Source of the DNA: Prorocentrum cordatum
Taxonomy: Eukaryota
Reading direction: 5' to 3'
Assembly: GCA_963575745.1 (NCBI GenBank)
Contig: CAUYUJ010000281.1
Span: forward strand, 62,001 to 126,000
DNA length: 64,000 nucleotides
Positions 26,934-38,700 of this stretch are shown piece by piece. The notes beneath the pieces are model-generated. The model made no database searches. It was not told the origin of the DNA and worked only from the letters and a program-made list of their open reading frames with translations. The position numbers and the translations under genes were made by a program. Positions within the stretch are counted from its first letter, which is position 1. Each line of letters starts with the position of its first letter.

Positions 26934-28050
26934 ATGCCTAAGGGGAGAGCTCCTGGACCCGACGGGCTTGCTCCCGATCTAATGAGTCTTGCTCCGAAGC
27001 AAGTAACAGATGTGATCCTACCGTTACTCACTAAGGTGTCTATGACCACTAGAGAGCCGATTGCCTTTAAGGACGGTCGCGTGGCCTCATTCTATAAGGG
27101 GAAAGGAAATATAGCCCTGGCCTTGAACCAGAGAGGTATTCTTTGCACTAATACTATCTGTAAGGTTCATCATAAGTTCTTGAGGCGGTTATCCCTAGAC
27201 TTCCTATACTGTGCACTCATCACTCAGCAATGCTGGGGGATGCCTGGGAGATCGCGCGACACTGCGGTACACTTTGTGAAATCTTTCTGGTCGGCCGCTG
27301 ATGCTAGAAAGTTATCCTGCGGGAGTCTGTTTGTTGACCTCACTGCTGCCTTTTATTCCACTATTCGGCAGTTAGTGCACGATCTCCCAGGCGAAGAAGA
27401 GTTCTTAGAGGAGACCCTAGAAGACCTCTCGATTCCCCCGGCCCTAGTTGATGGAGTCAGAGCCCAACTTGCACAAGGCCCGCTCCTGGAGAGGCATGTT
27501 GAAAACCCCCATTTGATTGCGCTCCTAAGAGAGGCTCAGAGGGGGGGCTTTTTGGGCGGTCCAGGGGGCGGATGGTTTTGTGATTCCCCGCACGGGCTGT
27601 CGACCCGGCACGATCATGGCCACGGATGTGTTCAACGCCGCCTTCGCCAACATCCAGCGCGACATTGAGGATGAAATGGAAGATAGAGGGCTAAGGTGGC
27701 TCCCACAGACAACACGCGAAATCTTCTCTCTCACCGTGGAGGACCGAGAAGTCACCGCCACAGTCTCGTTTGTGGATGATCTAACCCCCTCTGCTGTGGA
27801 CGCTGACCCTCTCACTCTGGCGGCGAACTTAGGCGAGGTTATTGACGTTGTTTTTATTGTGTGTGCCCTCCATGGGCTTCGCCTCAATCCGACGAAAACA
27901 AAAAATCATGCTCCGCTTCAGGGGGGTTGGGTCTCAGGCAGCCTTTCGACAGCTATGCGATGCTGAAGTCCCCCAGGTCATGTCCCCCCAACACAAGATT
28001 GCTGTTGATGTTGTCAGGGCTCACAAATGCCTTGGGGTCGTGCTTTCTGA
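26934..28050 (+). other. Reverse transcriptase domain of ORF2
   Basis: GRAPGPDGL, FYKGKG, RGILCTNTICK, FVDLTAAF, GCRPG, SFVDDL (27769-27780), GLRLNPTKT, KCLGV. Confidence 0.92.
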
Positions 28051-28744
28051 CTCGGGGGGGGAGGGACTAGAGATCACGGCTCGAAGTATCGCTGCTAAGG
28101 CTGCTGTCCGCCCAGTGAAGGCCACTATTGCTCCTCGGGGGGATCTTGCCATGAATGCTAAGCTTCTCTATGCGGAGGCGTTCGGCTCCAGTCGTTTCTT
28201 TTATGCTGCTGCCCTGTGGAAGCCTATGCCTAGTGCTGTTCGTAATCGGCTTCGCGTCTGTCACGAGTTTATTTACCGATGTGCTTTGGGGCTACCCGCG
28301 GCTAATTCGGCTGAAGTTCAACACTCGTACCTGGAAATTCTTGCTAAAGCTGAACGCCTCCCGTGGGAAACTGTAGTTCATGTCTCTCGACTCAGGTTCC
28401 TAGTTAGGTTGTTCCGCTCGGCCCCTCGTTTTTTACTTCGGATGCTAGATGTGGCGCTCCTGGACCAAAAAAGCTGGGCTCGTGCGCTTGGGGAAAGTTT
28501 GGACTGGCTTGTACTTTTTACCGAACCCAAAAACATCCCTGGCAGTGGGGGCATGGACGAGTGGATTGAAGCGGCACAACTCTCCCCCTCGCGTTTCAGT
28601 GCCCTCATCAAGAGTGCGCTCGCTCATGCTCGCGCCTGGTGGCGGGATCAACATCGTCTTCTCCTGTGGGACAAGCGCATGAACGCCGCCATCGAGGGCA
28701 CCCCGTTGCAGGTGCGCACAGATACGGCCCATCAGGGGGTCGTG

Positions 28745-28925
28745 TGCTACGAGTGCGGGCAGATATTCAAGACGGAACGTGCTCTTCGGAGCCATAGGGG
28801 CAAGCAGCACCCCCATGTGATGACCCCGTCCATGCTTGCCACTGGCACGGTTTGCCAAATATGTTGCTGGGACTTCAGGGCTAACGGGCGCCTCTATAAA
28901 CATTTGGCCCGAGCTCGGGTTTGTT
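28745..28925 (+). other. Two C2H2-type zinc fingers of ORF2
   Basis: CYECGQIFKTERALRSHRGKQH and CQICCWDFRANGRLYKHLARARVC. Confidence 0.8.
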
Positions 28926-29194
28926 TTCGTGGTCTTGTTGCCACTGGTGCGCGACCTTCTACCGAAGAAATTACCGAGGCCCGTGCTGAAAGGAGTCGTG
29001 ACCAGAGCGCAAACCGTGCCAGGGGGCTTACCGATGATTTTGCCCACTTCCCCCCCCGCCGTGTTTATGGCCCAGCCAGGGGTCCCAAGGTCCTCGAGGG
29101 TGACGTGCCCGTGGCGGAGCCGGCTGCTCCCCCTCCTCCGCCTCCTCCGCCTCCGTTGCCCTTCGCTCCGACCCCGCCTCCGTCGCGGCCCCAT

Positions 29195-29945
29195 CGCTAC
29201 TTGCTCCACTTCTTTTCTGGCCAGCGTCGGGCGGGGGACCTCCAAGAGTGGACCGAGAGACTGGCCTCCCAATATAGGGTTCCTGTTATTGTTTTGTCTA
29301 TCGATATTACCCACTGCCCCCGTTATGGTGATCTGTCCAAACCGAGTATTGTGGATTTCTGGCTGCGACTTATGAAAGAGGGGTGGGTCGCGGGGGTGGT
29401 GGCGGGGCCCCCGTGTGAGACGTGGAGTGCTGCTCGCCACAATGAGATCCCAGAAGATAGCCCTGGCCCTCACCCTAGACCCCTTAGGTCACCCGACATG
29501 CTTTGGGGGCTGCAATATCCTGCGCCCAAGGAACAGGACCAAGTAGATGTGGGCAACGCTCTGTTGCGCACGACGCTCGAGTTCCTTGTGGAGGCGTGGA
29601 GGCTTGGTCTCCCAGCTGTGATGGAGCACCCCGCTCCTGCAGAACATCGCCCCAATGTCCCTAGCAGTTGGCACCTCCCCCTATTGGTTCGTTTTGCCAG
29701 GATGCCAGGGGTCCATCTTTTTAGGATTGACCAATGCATGTTCGGGCAGCGTGCTAAGAAACCGACGTCTCTCTTTGGAATCAACGTGCCTATGATGGGC
29801 CAGCTCATTCGTGAATTGCCACATCATGGGAGGTGCCAACACCGTGCTCATCCGTATGTGCTTGAAGGCAGGGATGGGAGTGGGGGGTGGAATACAGCTG
29901 CGGCGAAGACGTACCCATCCCAACTTTGCCGCTTTCTCGCGCAAT
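29195..29945 (+). other. C5-cytosine DNA methyltransferase-like domain at the ORF2 C-terminus
   Basis: Follows a poly-Pro linker: LHFFSG (motif I-like), VLSIDI (II), GDL (III), AGPPCETWS (IV, catalytic PC, Cys codon at 29414), VMEHP (VI-like), DQCMFGQRAKKPT (VIII-like), AAKTYPSQLC (X-like). Confidence 0.82.
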
Positions 29946-31462
29946 CCGTGTTTGTGTCTATTCAGAGTCAGTTCAATTGTGAGGGAGAACCCCCCTTGGA
30001 TTTAGACGATTTTGTTGCCCCTTTCTTTGTGCCTCTCGACCCCTTCTTTGAGTTCCAGAGGGGCCGTGGCTACGCTCAAATGGGTACCACTCTCTCTCTC
30101 TCAATAGAAACCGTGGCGAGGTCCTCCTTACCCGCACTAAGTTGCTGTGTTTCTCACTGCCCCCCTGGGTGTGCGCGGCACCTTTAACTCTCGCTGACAG
30201 GTGGGGATGTTTAGCGCTGTTTGGGGGAAGGTATCTTTTTCGCTGCCGTGAGGTAGCAGTACCCCAACGGCCCCGACACCTGGGTGTGGCTAGGGTGTGC
30301 GCAGCACCGTAACTCTTGCATGTATTCGGGGGAAGGTCCCTTTTTCGCCGCTGTCAGGTGGTAGTACCCCGACTAGCCCCCAGCACCTGGGTGTGTCATT
30401 TTCCCCTGCCGACCGTGGTTGAGATCCACCTAAGCGTCGATGTCTATCACCACGAGTACTGGCTCGACTCCCTGCATCAGGACTGGGCTTTCAAATGCAC
30501 GCCATGGATTGGGACTGGGCTTTGTAACAGGTGGGGGGCGATGATGCGTTTCACCGTGACGAGGCTTGCCCGCTTCAGCGATCGCTGCCTCCGCTCTCTT
30601 TTTCTCTCTGCTGCCGCTCTCGTCTCACATATCGTTTGGGATCCAGACTCATTCCCTTAGTTGCCGACCGACCGACCGACCGAGGAGGAGGAGGAGGAGG
30701 AGGAGGAGGAGGAGGAGAAGGAGGAGGAGGACGGGTCGCCTGAGCCCTTCGGAGAAACCCTCCAAGCGAGGGCGGGCGCGCGCGGTAAGGAGCCACCTGC
30801 TCGCCTCGGACCCTCGGGGCGAGCGCTCGAGCCCGCAGGGCGACGACCGAAAAGCGCTGCGTGTCTTTGCCGCTCCCTGAGCGCCGCCGGGGAGCGGAGG
30901 TCGGGCTGCGGCCCCAAGGAGGTCCTCGCTCCCCTCGCCCTCGTCCCCCCCTCCTCCTCCTCCTCCTCCTCCTCCTCCTCCTCCTCTCCTCCTCCTCCTC
31001 CTCCTCCCACTCCTCCTCCCCCTCCTCCTCCTCTATGTCCTCCTCCTCCTCCTCCTCCTCCTCCTCCATCTCCTCCTCCATCTCCCCTTTCCCTCCTCCT
31101 CCTCTTCGTCCTCCTCCTCCTCCTCCTCCTCCTCCTCCTCCTCCTCCATGTCCTCCTCCATCTCCTCCTCCATCTCCCCCTTTCCCTCCTCCTCTCCTCC
31201 TCCTCTCCTCCTCCTCCTCCTCCTCCTCCTCCTCCTCCTCCTCCCCCCTCGTCCCCCCCTCCCCTCTCTGATTAGGCGAGTGCGTTCCACTGCTCGCAGA
31301 GTAACTGCTCGCAAACGGCCTGGATCCCCCGTGGGGGATCTACGATAAATCACATCAAAGCAGGCATGTGCTTTTCTAGACGTTTGCGAGTAGGCACTTT
31401 GCGAGCAGTGGAACGCGCTCGGTCGCTGGTGTGGGCACCTGCCTTCCTGAGCCAACAAAGTA

Positions 31463-31640
31463 CAGTGGAGGCCCGAGCACAAGAAGCCTTCCACGAGAGG
31501 CCCAACCCCGAGACCCCAGGACGTCCATTGATTTTCTTGGTGTGGGAGCGTCACGCCTTCCGCAGCAGAACCATCGAAACCCAAGAAGCCCAGGGCACCC
31601 TGGAGGCAAGCAGGGTGCTTCTTCGCATGGGCCTCCACTG
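31463..31640. mobile_element. MITE family I (TIR CAGTGGAGGCCC); other copies at 60741-60915 and 61625-61800
   Basis: TA-cagtggaggccc...gggcctccactg; conserved core ggtgtgggagcgtc...atcgaaacccaaga. Confidence 0.78.
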
Positions 31641-32106
31641 CATCTGTATCAAAGTTGCAGAGACGCTCTTCGTGCACTGCGAGGCGACAGGCAGGCCCTA
31701 CAAGCTCTCCTGCTCCTCCACCTCCGCTTCCTCCTCCTCCTCCTCCTCCTCCTCCTCCTCCTCCTCCTCCTCCTCCTCCCACTCATCCTCCCCCTCCTCC
31801 TCCTCCCCCCCTCCTCCTCCTCCTCCTCCTCCTCCTCCCCCTCCCTCCCCCTCCCCTCCCCCCCCCCCCCTCCCCCTCCCCCTCCCCCTCCCCCCTCCCC
31901 CTCCCCCTCCCCCTCCCCCTCCCCCTCCCCCTCCCCTCCCCCTCCCCCCTCTCCTCCTCCTCCTGCTCCTCCTCCTCCTCTCCTCCTCCTCCTCCTCCTC
32001 CTCCTCCTCCTCCTCCTCCTCCTCCTCCCACTCCTCCTCCTCCTCCTCCTCCTCCTCCTCCTCCTCCTCCTCCTCCTCCTCCTCTTCCTCTTTGAGCCCC
32101 GCCCTC

Positions 32107-32141
32107 CAGCATGACCACGCCGTATCCGCCCTTGCTGCTTC
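32107..32141 (-). CDS. Host gene micro-exon C (R-SSKGGYGVVML)
   Basis: gag acceptor, putative GA donor, 35 nt. Boundaries are somewhat uncertain. Confidence 0.68.
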
Positions 32142-35100
32142 CTCGGCACCGCGGCAGGGGGGGAGAGAGGGAGGGGGGGGAAGGCAGGGAGGCGCGGGAA
32201 GGATGGAGGCCGTCGAGGGGAGGGAAGAGCGGAGGGGACATCTGAGTGGCGGAGTCGGACGGGGGGGGGGGAAAGGGCGGGACGGGGATGGGGGATTGTA
32301 GCAGTGGAGGCAAGGACGTGGAGAGAAGCTCGGGGAGATGGGCACCCTGGGCATGCAAGCGTGGGAGCTTCAGCCGGGCCCTCTCTCCGAGGTATGCCGC
32401 CGGGTGCCAAAATACCGTCGCTGGCTTTTCGCGTGCCCGGAAGAGGACAGCGCTGGCCAGAGGATGTTATGGTAGAGCGTTGCCCGTCCAGTAGCACGTA
32501 CAGCTACGCGTGAAATGCGCCAGACGGAGCTACAAGTGGCATGACACTCTGGTGGTGCAGTGTGCCTATCCCCCAAACTGGGGCTACCTGTGTCTGGGCG
32601 CACGTGGGCCGTGCTGGACACTGCGTTCTGTTGTCCAGACTTGGCCTTCGCTGGAAGGGAAGAAAACGGGGACCATGACCAAGCAACACTGAACGTGGAA
32701 GCGTCGTGTCGATCCTGGTCACCGTCTATATCCCAAGCTCAGACTCTTCGGGCTTCTCATGTGGCTTTTCTCCTAAGGCCAGAAGGCCAGAAGGCGTGGC
32801 AGAGAGTCCCAAGAGGTCCCCAAGGCGGTCCAAAAGGACCTCGAGACGGCCCAAGAGCGATTCGAGACGGCCAAGGCCTCAAGAAGACGGCCGAAGAGGC
32901 GCCAGAGACACCCCATGAGGGAACCACGAAGAGCCTCAAGAAGGCCCCTAATAGACACAAGTCGTTGATCGCCTATTGGCAGACTGTAGCGTTCTCGCCT
33001 CTTCGGCCTTTCAACGCACCAAGACATCCCAAGAGGCCCCCATGATCGCCCCAAGAGACAGCTCAACAAATTTCCAAAGCATCGTGGGACGCGACAGCTT
33101 TGTACCCATCCTGAATGAGACCATCGGTCGCTCAATGTGCGACCTTTTTGCGAACTTGACGTTCCGCCTCTGGGCCATCGCCTCTTGAGAACGTCTACCA
33201 ACGTAGACTCAAAAAGAGAATGCACAGAACGCCGTGTTGGAAACATAATGAACCGAATGCCACAAGGAAGTATATAAGGCAGGGTGCAGTATTGAAATGT
33301 AGCGCCAGGTAGGGTGAGATGGGGTGTTGCGCTATGAAGATATAGTCAGGAAAGCTTGACTCACCTCAGATCGGCCCAGCTAGCACGAACCAAGCAATGA
33401 TCAGACACGCAACGCTAGGCTAGGACAATTGAAAACAGGTGCTGCTAAAACATTCTCTTAAGATGAGAATTTGGAGCAAGGGACCCTTGCTCCAAGCGTG
33501 CTCGCGATATGTTGGTTTTGCGCCGACTAGAGGCCCTGCACTCTTATACTCAATCCGTAACCTGAAATTGTAAATTAGGTATCACACCACACATGCTACT
33601 AGAGCCCGAAGTCAATGCAAACAACTACGCCCATAACAGATACGATGATGCAGGTCGCACAAACAGTCCTACACCAATCCCAAGCCGGTCATGAGTCCCG
33701 GGTAAACACAGTTGGGCCTACCTACGGTGGTGCTAAGGCGACGGCAAAGGCTGAAGCTTCGCCAAGCCGAAGCAACTCAGGGTCAGGCGTGGCGAGGCGT
33801 AGCCTCGCCTCATCCGGCACTGCGACGCTAGGCAAAGCTGAGGCTAAACTAAGCATCGCCGAAGCTGAGGCTAAGCCTGAATCGAAGCGGAGTGATGTCG
33901 ACAAAAACACATTTTTGAACATGGATCGGCGCGGATACGGGAGCAAGAAAGGTGGGGGGTGAAGACGACATGCTGCAACGCAGATCAGATCACAACGAAC
34001 AAGTGTATAACTTCCTCTGCCCAAAAAGGCTGGCCATATTGATTCCAAATGCAAACTTCAACACACATGATCGTACAATGGACAATGCACGCGAACCGTG
34101 AATGCTGTACGTTACGTAAACGCATCCGTGCAGTCTCCACCACAACACAAACCGATCAAATTCTGGTCATTGCGCGCACCAAGCATTAGGGGAGCAGCAA
34201 TCACGACGCCACTGCTCACTGATCGAGGGCTGCCGTGCGAATCTTTCAAAACGAAACAGGTGCGGCAAACATTGAAAAACACATGATGAAGGAGAGCGCG
34301 AAAGATAGAGACAGAAGGACAGAGAGAGAGAGAGAAAGACAGAGAATATAGAAAGAGAGAAGGAGAGAGAGACATGTAGAGAGAAGAAAAGGATAGGGAG
34401 AAGGAGAAAAGAGACCGATGTGAGAGTCCCCTGGACCAACCCGGAAAACTCCCGAAAAACCCTTTCGAGAAACCCCCGAGTGGAAAGTTTTCAGCAGTTT
34501 TCCCCTCCGGAGCCTGGGGAGAGGGGGCGGGGACTTGGGTTCCCCCCCCCGCGAGTGGATTTTGCTTGTTCGGAAGGTTTCTGGAGCGGGATTCCACAAA
34601 CCACCCCACATCGCAATTCAGGAAAACCCCTCCCCCCGCCTGTTTTTTGACCTGGGTGTTTTGGGACTTTTGTTCGGGGGCTGTCGGGGGATTCTTCCGG
34701 GTTTCCTCTGGCCCCCCCCCAAAAAACCCTCATTCGGAGTTGTCTTCCTGCAACGTTTCCTAGATCCCCTGGCCCCCCCCTCCCAGGATCCCAACAAGAA
34801 TACGTCCTTCGGGTTCTTGTTCTCATGTTTTTTCGGGGATTCCACCAGCGATCCCAGGAAGCCTCCCTGAGGAACAGAAGCACTAGTTGCTTTTGTTTGC
34901 CTGTGGTTCCTCTAATATTTTTCTGTGGTGCTGCTTGCTTCTTTTGGAGGGTTCCTCTGCATCCCGCGGGCACCCCCGAACAACCCCCTCGAGGGAGGTT
35001 TTCTCGGAGGCTTCCCAGGAACCCCTTTAAAAAAAGCATTGAAGAGAACCCTAGATGAAGGTTTTTTCTTGTGATGTCCACGGGGGATCGCATGGCAGTT

Positions 35101-35483
35101 TTGAGCGGTGGGCCGTGCGGTGTCGCAGGGTTGGATCAGAACGCTGGGGGGTCTAGGAGAGCTGTAGGTAAGAGGGAGAGAGAGAGAGGGGAATAGAGAG
35201 AGAGAGAGAGAACCAAACAAACACATGATAGAGAGGTTGAGTGAAATAGAGAGAGAGAGAGCGAGAGAGAGAGAGAAAACAAAGAGAGAGAGAGAGAGAG
35301 ATCACGCAACCATACGTGAATGCGCTCGAGGGAGGGGGGGGGGAAAAACAATAATCATCGTCAGTAGGGAGTGGCACTAAATCGCAATATCGTCCAAGGT
35401 ATGCTGCTGCTGATCCACTCTCTTCTGCTGCTCCTCCTCTTCTCGCCAACCCCATCCGTCGTCGCAGCGAAGCGGGTGCGGTC

Positions 35484-35515
35484 TTGACGCGTCGCACGTG
35501 AACGCGCCGAGCTCC
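35484..35515 (-). CDS. Host gene micro-exon B (G-ELGAFTCDAS-R)
   Basis: cag acceptor, putative GA donor, 32 nt. Continues CCG|ELGAFTCD. Confidence 0.72.
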
Positions 35516-35663
35516 CTGGCGAGGCGGAGCCATCAGGGAGCCAGGGCAAAGGAGACCCCGACTGGAGTCCAACGGGGGCGCCATCCAGAGAAGGAGCAAC
35601 GATAGGCCATGGAGGAGAGGAGTACTCCTCCTCCCCCTCCTCCTCCTCCTCCTCCTCCTCCTC

Positions 35664-35717
<54 letters not shown>

Positions 35718-38700
35718 CTCCTCGTCCTCGTCCTCCCCCTCCCCCTCCTCCTCCACCTCCTCCTCCTCCTCCTCCTCCTCCTCCTCCTCCTAGTCCTCCC
35801 CCTCCCCTCCCCCTTTCCCCTCCTCTCCTCCTCCTCCTCCTCCTCCTCCTCGCCTCCCCCTCCTTCTCCCCCTCATCCTCATCATCATCCTTCTTCTTTT
35901 CCTCCTCCTCCTCCTCCTCCTCCTCCTCCTCCTCCGCCTCCTCCTCCTGGACTCTAATGGGAGTCCAATGGGGACGCTATCCAAAGGAATGAGCAACCAG
36001 GGGCCACGGAGGAAGGGAGTTAGGGGCAACGATAGGGATCCCCGGGCTCCAGGGGGGAAGCATCGGCCTGGATTCGGCGATAGACGTCGCGCGCCCCAGT
36101 GGCAAATCCGCGCGTTTCTGGGCGGGGAGGGCCGTTGGGCCCCTATCTCGGAGGCGCGCAAACATGGATCGGATTTGGCGCGCGCAGTCGACAAATCCAT
36201 GGATCGGGGGAGGGCACAGTCGCTAATCCACGCCCCCTTTGATCCATTTTTGCGATCGCTTGGCCATCGGCTGTGAGTGGCCGATTGGCTCCTCCTCCTC
36301 CTCCTCCTCCTCCTCCTCCTCCTCCTCCTCCTCCGCCTCCGCCTCCGCCCGCCTCTCCTCCTCCTCCTCCTCCTCCTCCTCCTCCTCCTCCTCCTCCTCC
36401 CCCTCATGCGACGGTATGGTCGTGCGGTGGGCTCTGATGGCGCGTCCTATGTCCTGCGTTGCTGCCGTGCGCCGTGTCGGGATCTGCGGGGCTGTGCCGT
36501 AGTGCGCCGCGCTCTGGCGCCATCGAGCCGCACTCCCTCCTGGTCTGGCGTGATGCGGCGTGCTGGCACGACGTCCCCAAGCAGACAACTAACTTGTTTT
36601 GACAAAAAAACACACCCCCTGTTTAGTAAGGTTTGTTACTGTGCCTTGACCCAGCGTGCGCTGAAGACTGCGAGCTCGACCTCTCGCCCTCGCAAGATAG
36701 GTGCGGGCGCCCACAAAGAATGGGGCGCGAGACGGACCCAGCGGCCCCACGAGACTGACTCGTGGGACGGGTGCACGGGGCTGCGCACGGTGCTCGGTCG
36801 GCTGCCGCCCAGGGACGCCCCGTGGGCGCCCCGCGCGCCGGGTGGGCGCGGCAGGGCTTCGCTTGGTGCCAGGTCGGCTGCCGCCAGGGGGCGCCACGTC
36901 CGCCCGTGGAAGAGGTGGAGGAGCAGGAGGGGGAAGGAGGAGGAGGGATGAGGAGGAGGGAGGAGGAGGAGGAGGAGGAGGAGGAGGAGGAGGGGAGGAG
37001 GAACGAGGAACGAGGGGGAGGAGGAGGAGGAGGAGGAGGAGGAGGAGGAGGAGGAGGAGGAGGAGGAGAAAAGGAGGAGGGGAGGGGAGGAGGAAGGAGG
37101 AGGACGGAGGAGGAGGAGGAGGAGGAGGAGGAGGAGGAGGAGGAGGAGGAGGGAGGAGGAGGAGGAGGAGGAGGAGTGAGGAGAGGGGAGGAGGAGGAGG
37201 AGGAGGAGTACTCTCTCCTCCATGGCCCATCGTTGCTCCTTCTGGATGAGGAGGAGGAGGAGAGGAGGAGGAGAGGAGGAGGAGGAGGAGGAGGAGGAGG
37301 GGAGGAGGACTCTCCTCCATGGCCCATCGTTGCTCCTCTTCTGGAGGAGGAGGAAGGAGGAGAAAGGAGGAGGTGGAAGGAGGAGGAGGCGGAGGAGGAG
37401 GAGGAGGAGGAACCGGAGGAACAGGAGGAGGAGGAGGAGGAGGAGAAAACTGGACACCATCCCGCCGGCCCAACGGACCAGAGGCGTGCTCAGATCTCCG
37501 GTCAACAGGTCGACCGTTTTTCTGGTATTTGCGCGCGCGGGGCGGCCCCCGGGGGCCCCGGGGCGAAGCCCATGAGCAGCGCGGAGGCTGGCCACCCCTG
37601 GGTCAGGGATGGGTGTTCTGCTGTGCGTCGCCCGAAGGGCGCTCCAGGGGACTTCCTCCAAATCTGCAGAGGAGCCCACGAAGTTCCGAGGCAGCCAACG
37701 AGCATTGCAAGACGTCCAAGCTGGGCCTGCACAATCCAAGAGGCTTCTAGACGCCCCACTGGCGCCTTCAAAGGAACCCCAAAGAGGCCCACAGAGCCAA
37801 CAACTACTGATTTCCACAAGGTTTTCAAAATTGTGGCGTCACCGCCCGCTCGGGCTTCCGACTGCCACAAGAACAATCAAGAGACCCCGAAAACCATCTC
37901 CAAACAGCCCAGAAGGGTTCCAGGACGGCCCTCGGCCGTGACCCAAGAGAGCGCCGAGTTGGCCCAAGAGGCTCCCCAAGAGGGCTTCAGAGGTTCCCAA
38001 GAGAGCCCCAACAGAGCCCCCAGAGGGGGGACAATATGACCTGACGAATCGAACCATTTCCCAAAAGGTAGCCCCCGAGACCGCCAGGGGGGCCCGAGAG
38101 ACCCAACATACTCCGCCAAAAGGCCCCCCTTTAAACAGTTTGTTTGCACACGAATGAGTCCATCATCAACAGAGGCCTGCCATGGTCGCCTAGAATATGT
38201 GAGGATATGCGGCGGCCCGATTGGTCCAGCGAGCTCCCGTGGGGCCATGGCCAAAGTGCGCAATCTGAGACCTGCCCGCACACTCGCATAAACGGCGCCC
38301 GAGACCATGACGCCTGGTTTCATGCGGTACACGTCTTCCAGCCCACAGGCCCAGGGCATAATGTCATTTCCGCGTTAAGCATAATCGCCAAGTATCGGGC
38401 ACTCTGCAGGGCCGCACCAAAACATCTGCCGCATGTGCTCAGTATGCTACAGGAATACGGCTCTACACCAAGTTCGGCGCTTCGCGCGCAAGAAAAGACT
38501 GGCACATCGGGTGCAGCCAGTCCTTGGGCGCTGCAGATTGCGGCTTGGCCAAAAAGCTGGTGGGGGACCCCCCCCCCTGGCTCGAACCCCCCCACAAGGG
38601 GAGGGGCCTCCCCCTCCCCCTCCCGGTTCGAACCCCCCCGCTTCCCTCCTCCCTCCCTTCAGGGTGGGGGGGGGCCCGTTCGAGCCGCCCCCCTCTTGCA

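Larger units (their letters stand above)
23906..30187 (+). pseudogene. LINE ORF2 polyprotein disrupted by 3 frameshifts (~26145, ~27547, ~27903) and one in-frame TGA (26913-26915)
   Basis: Track ORFs 23906-26281, 26022-26915, 26925-27668, 27580-27966 and 27842-30187 join into one colinear pol-type protein. The true start codon is uncertain. Confidence 0.9.
22306..30681 (+). mobile_element. Near full-length LINE (non-LTR retrotransposon) carrying RNase H and a C-terminal DNA cytosine methyltransferase-like domain
   Basis: ORF1 and ORF2 with RNase H, APE, RT, ZnF and DNMT-like motifs. About 225 nt 5' UTR; about 490 nt 3' UTR ending in a (CCGA)n tail at 30664-30683. Both flanks read (GAG)n-AAGG. 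Confidence 0.93.

Noticed and set aside
28445..29473. Antisense ORFs within the LINE (also 17231-18244)
   Set aside because: Shadows of GC-rich coding sequence with no motifs.
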